Source: Yuukianura sp. NJ FZ-2021 (lineage: Eukaryota). From it: 64,000 nt of DNA. Shown one piece after another: positions 27,733 to 36,559 of this stretch. A program made the position numbers and the translations under genes. The first letter of the stretch is position 1. Each line of letters opens with the position of its first letter. The notes under the pieces are model-generated. The model did not search any database. It saw nothing but the letters and a program-made list of their open reading frames with translations, and had not been told where the DNA came from. Location of the stretch: assembly GCA_046563655.1 (NCBI GenBank), contig CM102283.1, positions 4,588,001 through 4,652,000 of the forward strand, given 5' to 3'.

Positions 27733-28068
27733 ATGGTTGGAACTAAAATCAACAAGCATCTCCTTTTTCTAAAAAACTTGAATTCTCATTCTAAAAAGAA
27801 ACGAGCTTTGCATTTACATAACGCAAGCTCAGAACAAATTGGTGCAATTTGCGAGTGTGTTAAGAATGTATACAATGGCCGCTTGGAGATCCCACCGAAA
27901 GCTATAAAACGCCTCGTTCCTCACCAGGACCACATCAGACGTCTGGTATCACGCAGAGGAAAAGCAGATCACAAGCGTCGTCTTCTTGTTCAACAAGGCG
28001 GATTCCTTCCTTTGCTACTTGGCGCTGCGATTCCAGTTCTAGGGGAACTTCTAGGCAAACTGTTTTAA
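27733..28068 (+). CDS. Basic Polinton virion core protein with adenovirus pX-like C-terminus (111 aa)
   Basis: K/R-rich; ends in QQGG|FLPLLLGAAIPVLGELL, resembling the GG-F protease site and hydrophobic tail of adenovirus pX. Confidence 0.7.
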   Translation: MVGTKINKHLLFLKNLNSHSKKKRALHLHNASSEQIGAICECVKNVYNGRLEIPPKAIKRLVPHQDHIRRLVSRRGKADHKRRLLVQQGGFLPLLLGAAIPVLGELLGKLF

Positions 28069-28070
28069 AC

Positions 28071-28728
28071 ATGCCCACAAAATTGAGGGTGATTAGTGAT
28101 GCAGACTTTGAGCGTCTAATGTCTCAATCTTCTAAACCAACTGAAGTTGGACGACTTGAAAATGAAAAAAAACCATTTGCTTAATCTTAACGATTCGGAA
28201 GAAATTCAAAACATGTTACTTCAAGACGTTTTACGACGATTGGCAGACAAGAAAAAACGTGAAAAGCCAGATGTCAAAAACATGCTAGAACCATCACTAG
28301 ATATTCCATCAGTGGATACTTCAGAAGATGTTCCAGCAAAACCACCTCCAGTAGAGAAATTTGACTTTGGTGGACGAACAAGAGTTGGAGTTCATCTTTT
28401 ACAGTTTTTTATTGACAATGGAGCGACACTAGCTTCAGGCATTGTGTCGTTTGACGGTGGATCGCTACCACTTTCAACATTTGATTCAATTCTAAAGAAA
28501 CTGTCAAATGGAAGATGCAAAATTTCAAAGGATGAACTCGAACCAATCAGAAACTTTTTAACCTCAAAAGGATTTCCATTGGCTCTTCTACCAAGAACAC
28601 ATCTTCGCCACTTTAATGAAGACGACTCTGACACTCCTAGAAAAACTCGAAAAAGCTCCCGAAGGAAACGGCCTCGATTGGATTATACCTTTCTGGAAGA
28701 ATGGATTCCTCCAGCCAATTGGGAATAA
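28071..28728 (+). pseudogene. Conserved Polinton hypothetical protein with a +1 frameshift in an A8 run
   Basis: ATG 28071 (MPTKLRVISDADFERL) joins the 193-aa frame if one A is removed at 28165-28172. Homologous to the N-terminal and middle parts of 35060-36457. Could be a homopolymer sequencing error. Confidence 0.65.
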
Positions 28729-28748
28729 ATTTGAAGACAACAAAAAAT

Positions 28749-29273
28749 TTACAATTTTATACAACACTGATTTATTATTTTGTGTTTACATTTACAATTT
28801 GAATTCAATAAATGATTTTTCAATGTAACAAATTTGCGTACTTTTTTATCATTTAAATTTCTATTGGGAGAAAAGTAGCAGTAAGTAGATAGAATACAAC
28901 AGCCATGCATCATTTTATACAAAAAGTAAATTGCATATTGTCCGCAAACATCAGAATCAATAGCTTGCAATGGTCTAGTGTTTTCCAAAATTTTACATGA
29001 AAACTTATTTACAAAATTTCTAAAGTCGTCAGGATAAAAGTCCAGTCCAAGTCCATAAGAGCAAAAGAAGATGATTGGTCCAGTCCTGCCTCCAATGTAG
29101 ATTGCCACCCAATGTTCTCCAGGATGATTTGATGGCTTGTTGTTTACAACCAAGTAGGCTGGGAAGCGAGAAATTGTTAGCTTTGCCAGCAGGTTGCATG
29201 GAATTACATTGAAATATGCTCTTGTTCCGCGAGTCATATTTGATAGAAATTGGTAAATTTGAGTAGTGTCCAT
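28749..29273 (-). CDS. Adenain-like cysteine (maturation) protease, 174 aa
   Basis: VVNN, PGEHWVAIY (His), FCSYG, LQ...VCGQYAIYFL (Gln/Cys). Its ATG overlaps the MCP stop codon (TAATG). Confidence 0.92.
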   Translation of the reverse strand: MDTTQIYQFLSNMTRGTRAYFNVIPCNLLAKLTISRFPAYLVVNNKPSNHPGEHWVAIYIGGRTGPIIFFCSYGLGLDFYPDDFRNFVNKFSCKILENTRPLQAIDSDVCGQYAIYFLYKMMHGCCILSTYCYFSPNRNLNDKKVRKFVTLKNHLLNSNCKCKHKIINQCCIKL

Positions 29274-30375
29274 TAGTGAGAATAATCCTTGAAGAACACG
29301 TTGTTTCCTTCGTCTATGTAGAGCGTCGATTGAAAGTCAGCGTGACAAATGACGTTCCAGGCTTCAGTGATCCCCTTTGCAAACTGAACAACGATTTTTA
29401 TACTCCCATGTCTTGGAGGACAGTAGCCTTGATTCATCTCTCGAAGGTTAAAAATGAAAAAAGCCTTTCCATTTGTAAACTCCTTGAGGCTAATAGCAGG
29501 TCCTTCGTTGCTAGCACTTAGACCAAGTCCGCTAAACATGCCATAGTATGCTTCGGAAACTCGAACATCTCCATCGCTGTCATATTGGTAGGCTTGATGA
29601 TAAAGCTGCTCTCCATTTGCTGTCACAGAAATTTGTCTCAACTCTGGTGGCTTAAAGTCAAATGGATTCGTAGTTAGAGTTCCGTTCATTTTATCACTTT
29701 GTACTAGACAAAGTATAATTCTGTCGGGGAGTAATCCACTAATCAAGTTTTCATTGACATTTGACACGGTCCCAAGCGGCAAACTGTATGTCTTCATCTC
29801 AATCCGTCGCATTGGATAGCATGCTGGTTGTCCATTAGCCCACATCTTCAAATGACAATTCAAAATATTCGGCAGTAGTGTGTGTTTTTTGACTAAAAGT
29901 CTGGCTTCAGTAATGTTGATTTTGTAGCGTGTATTTTGAGCGTCAGCTTGAGAGTGGAGTGCAAACTCTTCAGTTGAGCGATTGAAAGTTACTCTAATGT
30001 CAATTCCAGGAATCAAGTAGCGAGTTTGAGCAAAGATGTCTGCAAACGGTCGTCCAATCATATCCAACCCCTTGGCAGCTAATTCTTGTCTCTTTTTGTG
30101 TGAAGCGTCCGTGTCACTCAAATTCTCTTCATCTCTCAAGTAAAGAGCTGTCACAGCTTGAGTATCCTTGTAATCTCCTCCATAAGCAAGCACAGTCTCA
30201 ATGCTCGATAAGGCTCGATAAGGATAGAGCGACATTGTGGGGGTAATTTGTGTTTCATTTAGAAACACAGAACACTGCTGGAATAGGGAATGTAAAAAGT
30301 TGTTGACTGGAGCAATTCGCATGGTAGCTCTATCATCGAGTGGATCTTGATTGGCTTTTAAAATTTTACAGCGGA
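29273..30375 (-). pseudogene. Major capsid protein (double jelly-roll), 3' part of the split gene
   Basis: PVNNFLHSLF, YPYRA..IETVL.Y, DIFAQTRYLIPGIDIRV, G.LPDRIIL, NPFDF are typical Polinton MCP motifs. Joins 38592-38799 in frame once the nested insertion is removed. Confidence 0.9.
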
Positions 30376-30598
30376 CATATAGTAGATAGCAAGTGAGGAC
30401 AACCGCATACTCCGGTTAGTCGGCCGCAATATTGGGGAGGGAAAAAACTCACAATGACAAAAAATGTCGTCAACAAAAAAGTCGACAACAAAAATGTCGA
30501 CAAAAAAAGATCGAAAACAAAAATGTCGACAAAAAATGTCGATAACAAAAAAGTCGACAACAAAAAACAAGTAGTGAAATTTTTGTATAGAAAATTCG

Positions 30599-30740
30599 AA
30601 CATTGACTCTAGCCTAGTGTCTAAGTGCTTGTAACTACTTCTCTACGGCCGCTGGTTCGAATACCACACGGGTCAACCCTTGTGGTTAAGAAGTTACAAG
30701 TACTTAGATACAAGACTGGGGTCAATGTTATTATTTTTTT
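30599..30740 (+). ncRNA. Candidate Pol III-transcribed long-hairpin RNA (VA-RNA-like), copy 1
   Basis: A-box-like TAGCCTAGTGT at 30610 and B-box-like GGTTCGAATACC at 30654. The 30599-30640 arm pairs with the 30688-30729 arm (42 bp, 4 G-U pairs, 3 mismatches). T7 at 30734-30740. Confidence 0.65.
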
Positions 30741-30953
30741 ATTTATTTTTAGTTAAGGGTTGAGTTCTTGGAAAAATATCTTTTCTCAAGAAAAACGTTT
30801 TTTCTTGGAAAGTTCTCAAAATAACATTTCTTTAGAAAAAAACGTTTTTGAAAAATTTCAAAATAGCATTTCAAACGTTGTCCAAGTAGTACTTAAACAG
30901 CGAGTTTTGAGACTAGCAATCATCAGTTCGGAAACCAGTCTCAAACTATAAGC

Positions 30954-31805
30954 ATGCGAGGATTCAGGTCATACATGGAGGTTTCGGAACCGTTTATTGA
31001 CATGGAAGATGTTATCGCAGTCAAGATTTCTGGACATTCGATTCTTCTGACAGCAGAGGAACTGCCAACCGTGGTGGAAAAGCTAGTAAAAGCATACATA
31101 GCCGCAGGGGAAATGATGAAGGATTTACCACACTTTGAAACAATCATGGCAACTAACCGCAAGAATGGATTCCTAAAGTTATTTCGTCAGCAGTCACCCG
31201 CAGAGTTTCAAACACTCAAAGAAAAGCTGGAGCGACCGCTTCTTCCTATCCAATGCATCACAGGCAATGTGAATCGAGTGTTTCTCATACGTAGCGGTCG
31301 TCCACTTCCCATCGAAATCATGGACATTCCTCTTCTGGTGGAATCACTTCTAAAGTGTGGCTGCTTTCCGACCTCATATACAGAAAAGTATCTGGATGAG
31401 CTCATTCATGAGTCAAAACGTGAATACATGAGAAAGCTACGCGATAAAATTCTCAACACACGTGCCAACAGAATTAAAGAAACAATTGGCAAGGCTGCCG
31501 GTTTAAAGACGAACAAGAAAGTTCATCCATACAAAAAACCAAACGTGTTTCACCGATTTGCCTGCTATTTATCGCCAGAGTCCTTCATTTTAAATCCAGC
31601 CTACTCGAAGCATGTTCTAGACGTTACCAAACATCAACAAATTCAAATTAACAACCAAAGACGCACTCCAAACCATGACTTTAACGAGCACTTTAGACTG
31701 GTCCATCTTAACATGTATCGTCAATCGTCGTACTCTGATGATACAGTTCTCAACATTATTTTTTATGGTGTTAAGCAAATTTCAGCTTTTGACATTTTTT
31801 GTTAA
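30954..31805 (+). CDS. Hypothetical protein, 283 aa
   Basis: Intact ORF preceded by TACTTAAA (30890) and TCAGTT (30923), followed by AATAAA (~31842). An internal motif occurs twice (LLTAEELPTVVEKL / IEIMDIPLLVESL) and resembles IEMKEIPFLVSKL in 40162-40584. Confidence 0.75.
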   Translation: MRGFRSYMEVSEPFIDMEDVIAVKISGHSILLTAEELPTVVEKLVKAYIAAGEMMKDLPHFETIMATNRKNGFLKLFRQQSPAEFQTLKEKLERPLLPIQCITGNVNRVFLIRSGRPLPIEIMDIPLLVESLLKCGCFPTSYTEKYLDELIHESKREYMRKLRDKILNTRANRIKETIGKAAGLKTNKKVHPYKKPNVFHRFACYLSPESFILNPAYSKHVLDVTKHQQIQINNQRRTPNHDFNEHFRLVHLNMYRQSSYSDDTVLNIIFYGVKQISAFDIFC

Positions 31806-32464
31806 ATTGTATAATCTACTTTAGTAGCAGTTTTTGTATTTGAATAAATTCAAACTTGTACATTCTCAAATTTTTTGTTGTTTGGGTTATTTTATTTTGA
31901 GAATGTCGTTTGAGAGTCGTTGAACTTTTAGTCCTTTCTATTTTTAGACAAAGTCGAAAAAACGTTTATTTTTCCTAGAATTAGGAAAAGACTCGTTTCT
32001 GTTGAAAAACGTTTCGAGTTGTTCGTTTAATCCTTTTTCCAAGAAATTTAAGGTAGTAGAGTGTTCGAACGTTGTTTTACCTCATTTATTTTTAGCTCAG
32101 CCGCGGGGGCTAGTCGGGCGCAATATTGGGGAGGGGAAAACCCCTCAAAAAATACATAATGACAAAATCTCAACATCTAAAATGGCAAAATGTCAAAAAC
32201 GTCAACAACAAAAATGTCAACAACAAAAAGGCCGACAACAAAAAAGTCAAAACACAAGTATTGGAATTTTTCATAAAAAAATTCGAAAAGTTCTTTTCAA
32301 AACAACTTGTCACAAGAAAAAACGTTTTTTGAAAATATTTTAAAATAGCATTCAACCATTGCTTCGATGGCTACTTAAACAGTGAACTCTGAATCTAGAA
32401 ATCGTCAGTTCTAAACTTAGTAGTGGAAATTACAACATTCCTACTCCATAGCCATTCTCAAAAG

Positions 32465-33169
32465 ATGGAAGATGTAAAACATGAAATTGCTCTCCGAGTA
32501 AGAGGCATTCCATGGGAAAGACGTCCAGAAAAGTGTCCTGGATTTTATATAACTCCAATTTGTTTGCAAAACTCGTCAGCGTTTAAAACTCACGAAGAGT
32601 ACAAAGCGCTTCCAGTTACTCGGGTTTGCGATCACAGTCGCTGCAACTATAGTGGTGAATACGACTACATGATTGAAAAACTGTTTGGAGATGGAGTATT
32701 TAAATCAGCTGATTTGCAAGAAATTATGGACGAAATTTCGCGACTCCGAAAATTTAAAAAGTATTATTGCAAATACATGCAATGTTCTGGATTCATTTTA
32801 CGAAAGGGGAAGAAAGCAACAGCCGACCCACATTCCCTAGTTCCTGGTTATGACTTTTCCAGAAGCAAAGAAGCTCCTTATACCTTACCATGCAACGGCT
32901 GGAACTGTGATACAACGACGTTCGCAAAGTACATTATCAATGCGGCTTTAGCCCGTGGATATTTGGCTCCAACGTATTCTCTTCGAAATAATCCACTCAT
33001 CATCCTGGAAAAAGTGGGGTGGACGGCAATGCTGAATGCAACTCCTCATGAAACACATAAAGAATTTATTCAAAATTCAGAAAACTGGCTTGCAAAACAA
33101 TGGAAGTTTCTGTGGAGCCCTGACGTTCTCTACACTGCGCGTCAACAACGAATATCTCATTTTGCTTGA
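32465..33169 (+). CDS. Hypothetical Cys/aromatic-rich protein, 234 aa (arm copy 1)
   Basis: Intact ORF from ATG 32465, preceded by TACTTAAA (32372) and TCAGTT (32405). Confidence 0.75.
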   Translation: MEDVKHEIALRVRGIPWERRPEKCPGFYITPICLQNSSAFKTHEEYKALPVTRVCDHSRCNYSGEYDYMIEKLFGDGVFKSADLQEIMDEISRLRKFKKYYCKYMQCSGFILRKGKKATADPHSLVPGYDFSRSKEAPYTLPCNGWNCDTTTFAKYIINAALARGYLAPTYSLRNNPLIILEKVGWTAMLNATPHETHKEFIQNSENWLAKQWKFLWSPDVLYTARQQRISHFA

Positions 33170-33460
33170 AGTTTATTTCGAGTATGTCGTTTCCGAGTCG
33201 ACGACCGTTTAACCTTTTTTATTTTTAAGATTCCGAGAATGTCGTTTTGACTCGTTTAACCTTGTATTTTTTCAAAATAGTTTTAAAAGATAGGAATGTA
33301 AGCCGTTTCTTGGAAGAAGGGTCGTTTCTGTTGAAAAACGTATCCCCAAATATTTTAAAAGATGGCTACAGAGTACAAAGTATTCAAGCTGAAACGCTTG
33401 AACACCTCATGGCTGGATTTATCCAACCCAGCCCCGGGGAAGCCTTTGGGTCGTGTGAGC

Positions 33461-33522
33461 CAGCCCTTGGACGCCAGCCCTTGGACGCCAGCCCTTGGAC
33501 GCCAGCCCTTGGACGCCAGCCC
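33461..33522 (+). repeat. 14-bp minisatellite TTGGACGCCAGCCC x4
   Basis: Read directly; the mirror arm has 6 copies at ~37095-37185. Confidence 0.95.
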
Positions 33523-33544
33523 TCAATTCGCATGAATTTTTAAC

Positions 33545-34030
33545 GTAATATAACAACTTCACTGCATAATACAATGGTCTCTCTACATAATACAATGGCC
33601 TATCTGTATAATACAATGGCCTCTCTGCATAATACAATGGCCTCTCTGCATACTACCATGGCCCAGTTGTATAATACCACAACGTCATTACATAATGCCG
33701 AGTTTATTCTGTACAACAGAGCGAGTTTGCGAGAGTAAAGTCTAGACTTTGTCAATGTCACGGGAACTTACTCCGTGAGTACACCTTGCAGAGTTCTTCC
33801 TCGGGATTATTTCCCGCAGGTAACCTTCCTTCGAGAGTCAGATCATCGTCAATACCATGGTCACGTTGTATAATACCATGGCCACATTGTATAATACCAT
33901 GGTCACGTTGTATAATACCATGGTCACGTTGTATAATGCCATGGTCACGTTGTATAATACAATAACCTCACTGCATAATACAACATTTTTTGTCAATTTT
34001 ACATCCAATCACCACCACCACCACCACCAC
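33545..34030 (+). repeat. Two blocks of a 21-bp minisatellite (TATAATACCATGGTCACGTTG-like) followed by (CAC)n
   Basis: Blocks at ~33545-33700 and ~33850-33985, (CAC)n at ~34010-34030; mirrored at ~36590-37075. Confidence 0.9.
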
Positions 34031-34058
34031 AACCCCAACGTGCCCACCCATGCAAAAG

Positions 34059-34094
34059 TATAAATAGCGACGTTGACTTGCTCATCTCTCAGTT
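34059..34094 (+). promoter_or_regulatory. TATA box plus initiator at the inner end of the left arm
   Basis: TATAAATA 34059-66 and TCAGTT 34089-94 (30-bp spacing) upstream of the ATPase. Confidence 0.7.
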
Positions 34095-34146
34095 TCGTTT
34101 CAGACGTTGAGCTGTTAAGACGTGAAGATTCTGTGGACTATACATC

Positions 34147-34962
34147 ATGGATACCAGTACAGCGTGTGATATTTGCTGCAGACAATTCTCACGAAGGGAC
34201 GCATTGAAACGGCACAAGTTAACTTGTCATAGTAGCGTCGCAGTATCGAAAATGCTTCAGGTATGCATGAATCAGCGGGAAAAATCTACTATGTTTCGAC
34301 ATGTATACTCTGGGAAAAAGTTTGACCCGCATTTGGTTGCACCGTTTACTATGTGTATCAGTGGAATGACTCAGAGCGGCAAAAGCACCCTTGTGAAGCA
34401 AATACTTCTACGACGAATCGAAATTATCGAGACTAATATTGACAAGCCCTTGGAACGTATCATGTATTGCTACACTGAGTACCAGCCTACGCTGTTTGGA
34501 GAATTGAAGACCAAGATTCCAACTATACAATTTCATCGTGGACTTCCTGAAAAATGGCATGACGGAACCGACAAGCCGTCAGTCGTCGTCCTTGACGATT
34601 TGATGCATGAAGCAGGCAAAAACAGAGAAGTTGGAGCTGCGTTCACAAGGACTTCGCATCACCGCAACGTATCACTCATCATTCTTGTGCAAAACTTTTT
34701 TCACAGGAATATGAAAGAACTCACGTCAAACTGTCATTACATTGCTCTAATGAAGAATCCGCGAGACTCTCAATTTGTAGCTTGTCTTGGACGTCAAATG
34801 AATGGAGGAAAGAAGAATACAACCATGGAAGAAGCCTACAAGGAATGCATGTTAAAGCAATATGGATATCTATTCATCGATTTAACTCAACGACAAAATG
34901 ATTTGTTTCGCATTAGAGATAATATATTTCCTGAAAATTGTCGAATCTATGTTAATGAATGA
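34147..34962 (+). CDS. A32/FtsK-like packaging ATPase with N-terminal C2H2 zinc finger, 271 aa, intact
   Basis: CDICCRQFSRRDALKRHKLTCH; Walker A GMTQSGKST; Walker B VVVLDD; SHHRNVSLIILVQN; YGYLFIDL; AATAAA at ~34965. Confidence 0.93.
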   Translation: MDTSTACDICCRQFSRRDALKRHKLTCHSSVAVSKMLQVCMNQREKSTMFRHVYSGKKFDPHLVAPFTMCISGMTQSGKSTLVKQILLRRIEIIETNIDKPLERIMYCYTEYQPTLFGELKTKIPTIQFHRGLPEKWHDGTDKPSVVVLDDLMHEAGKNREVGAAFTRTSHHRNVSLIILVQNFFHRNMKELTSNCHYIALMKNPRDSQFVACLGRQMNGGKKNTTMEEAYKECMLKQYGYLFIDLTQRQNDLFRIRDNIFPENCRIYVNE

Positions 34963-35059
34963 ATGAATAAACACATTACACGATAAAAGTTCTATTTTCA
35001 AGTTTTTTATTCTGAAAATTCGGAATCTAACGAATTTACAGTCATAAAGGTGTATAATT

Positions 35060-36457
35060 CTACGAAATTACGCTAGTGAAAAACTCTCCAAGTATTGGTA
35101 ATGCGGCAGCGAGAAGAGCTGGCAGGAACCCGCCGTGCTGTATAAGTAGTTTTTTCTTGTCTTCAATCGATCCTTTAGCTTCTGCAACACGTTTAATCTT
35201 ATATCGATGCGGTCTCAAGATATTTTTGACGGTGGCCTCAATAGGAATGTTGCCCTGGATTACGTCCTGAACACATTTGTGTAACCCAAGAATTTGACCA
35301 CGAGACGCTGTGGAGAGCAGTGTCTCGCGTATAATAGGGGAGTGTTGGTTCATCTGGTGGAGAAATTGATAATGTCGTATGGGACCTGGTGATGGTTTAG
35401 CTCCTCCAGTTTGTCTATACTCTTCTTCCCCTTCTTCATCCCTTTCGTCTTCCTCGTTTTCCTCCTCTTCTTCTACTTCTTCTTCTACTTCTTCTTCCCA
35501 TTCTTCATCCCCCTCGTCTTCCTCATCATCTTCTTCTTCTTCATTTTCTACATCACTTTCCACGTGCGGGCGATTTCTAGAAAGCTTTTTAGGTTCATCT
35601 CGACCGAGCAAGCCTCGGTGGCTGATCGGAAGCAGATATTTTGGAATGCCTGTCTGAATCATAAAGTCTACGATGACAGGAATCATTTGTCTTGTCAACT
35701 TATATCTTCCATCCGCAAGTTTTCGTATTCCCTCCTCGAACTCGCTCCTGGATATGTTGGCATCACCCAGACTAACGCTATTGTTCGCAAAGGTTGCACC
35801 ATTTGCTACAAAAAATTGTGCTAGCTGTTTTCCTACAGCTGAAAACTGGTCCATAGTAAACGGTGGAGTTGTCGGTGCTGCTGTCGGCGTTTCATCTTTC
35901 GCTATTTGCGATTCTTTTTTAAATCTCTTGGAAAATGGCATCTCGAGCGCGTCATTCGGCTTTACCACAGTATTTGACCAACCATTCGTTGGATTTTCTG
36001 ACCAGGTCGTAATTCGGTCATATCTGTCTTCGGTTTTTCTGGCTGACTTTTCCGGTACACCATCCCATCCGCTAAAGTGGCTTGTAGCCATATCATTCAA
36101 CCGCCTATCGTTTACAACGTTCACATTGACGTAGCCTTCCCTTTGCTTCCGTTGATTTTCCAAGTTCTGGCGTAATTCCGTTTGCATCATATGATTCTGA
36201 AGTTCGATTGGAATGTTGTTCCCAGAATCTCGCGAATTACGCTCATGAAGCTCCATTGGTCCACGGCTCTGAGACATGTTCATTGTATGTTGCTGTAAGT
36301 ATTGTACGGGTGTAGTATCAAGCAAAAAACCATCATGGATTTGCTTTTCTCCAAAATAACTTTTGCAAGGGCTGTTTTGCTGAGACTCATATGTCTCAAG
36401 CCGATCCAGTAGACTGTTGTAGTCGTCTTGGTGAACAAGAATGTATTTTTGCGCCAT
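35060..36457 (-). CDS. 465-aa fusion of two Polinton core-gene homologs joined by an acidic linker
   Basis: The middle (QFFVANGAT..KLADGRYK..LLP) matches 28071-28728; the C-terminus (QHGGFLPALL) matches 27733-28068. An E/D-rich tract and QTGG lie between them. Confidence 0.85.
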   Translation of the reverse strand: MAQKYILVHQDDYNSLLDRLETYESQQNSPCKSYFGEKQIHDGFLLDTTPVQYLQQHTMNMSQSRGPMELHERNSRDSGNNIPIELQNHMMQTELRQNLENQRKQREGYVNVNVVNDRRLNDMATSHFSGWDGVPEKSARKTEDRYDRITTWSENPTNGWSNTVVKPNDALEMPFSKRFKKESQIAKDETPTAAPTTPPFTMDQFSAVGKQLAQFFVANGATFANNSVSLGDANISRSEFEEGIRKLADGRYKLTRQMIPVIVDFMIQTGIPKYLLPISHRGLLGRDEPKKLSRNRPHVESDVENEEEEDDEEDEGDEEWEEEVEEEVEEEEENEEDERDEEGEEEYRQTGGAKPSPGPIRHYQFLHQMNQHSPIIRETLLSTASRGQILGLHKCVQDVIQGNIPIEATVKNILRPHRYKIKRVAEAKGSIEDKKKLLIQHGGFLPALLAAALPILGEFFTSVIS

Positions 36458-36523
36458 GACTGTTAGCCTAACCGCTCCAGATGGTAAAATCTTCACGTCT
36501 TAACAGCTCAACGTCTGAAACGA

Positions 36524-36559
36524 AACTGAGAGATGAGCAAGTCAACGTCGCTATTTATA
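36524..36559 (-). promoter_or_regulatory. Mirror TATA plus initiator facing the 465-aa gene
   Basis: Reverse complement of 34059-34094. Confidence 0.7.

Larger units (their letters stand above)
32055..34130 (+). repeat. Left inverted arm (2076 bp)
   Basis: Reverse complement of 36488-38591; the match ends at ...GACGTGAAGATT. Confidence 0.95.

Noticed and set aside
30358-30603. F/V/D- or K/N-rich short ORFs near termini (also 32002-32355, 38291-38520, 40824-41269)
   Set aside because: Products of low-complexity AAAAATGTCGAC/AAC subterminal repeats.
30599-30729. Canonical tRNA gene
   Set aside because: A/B-box-like motifs are present, but I cannot build an acceptor stem and anticodon arm, and the long terminal stem dominates. 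A tRNA-derived origin remains possible.
33247-34063. Short ORFs with repeated peptides or poly-His (also 36555-37399)
   Set aside because: They are translations of the 14-bp, 21-bp and CAC repeats and lie upstream of the TATA/Inr.
35076-36134. Plus-strand Ser- or Phe-rich ORFs
   Set aside because: Antisense shadows of the acidic tract of the 465-aa gene.
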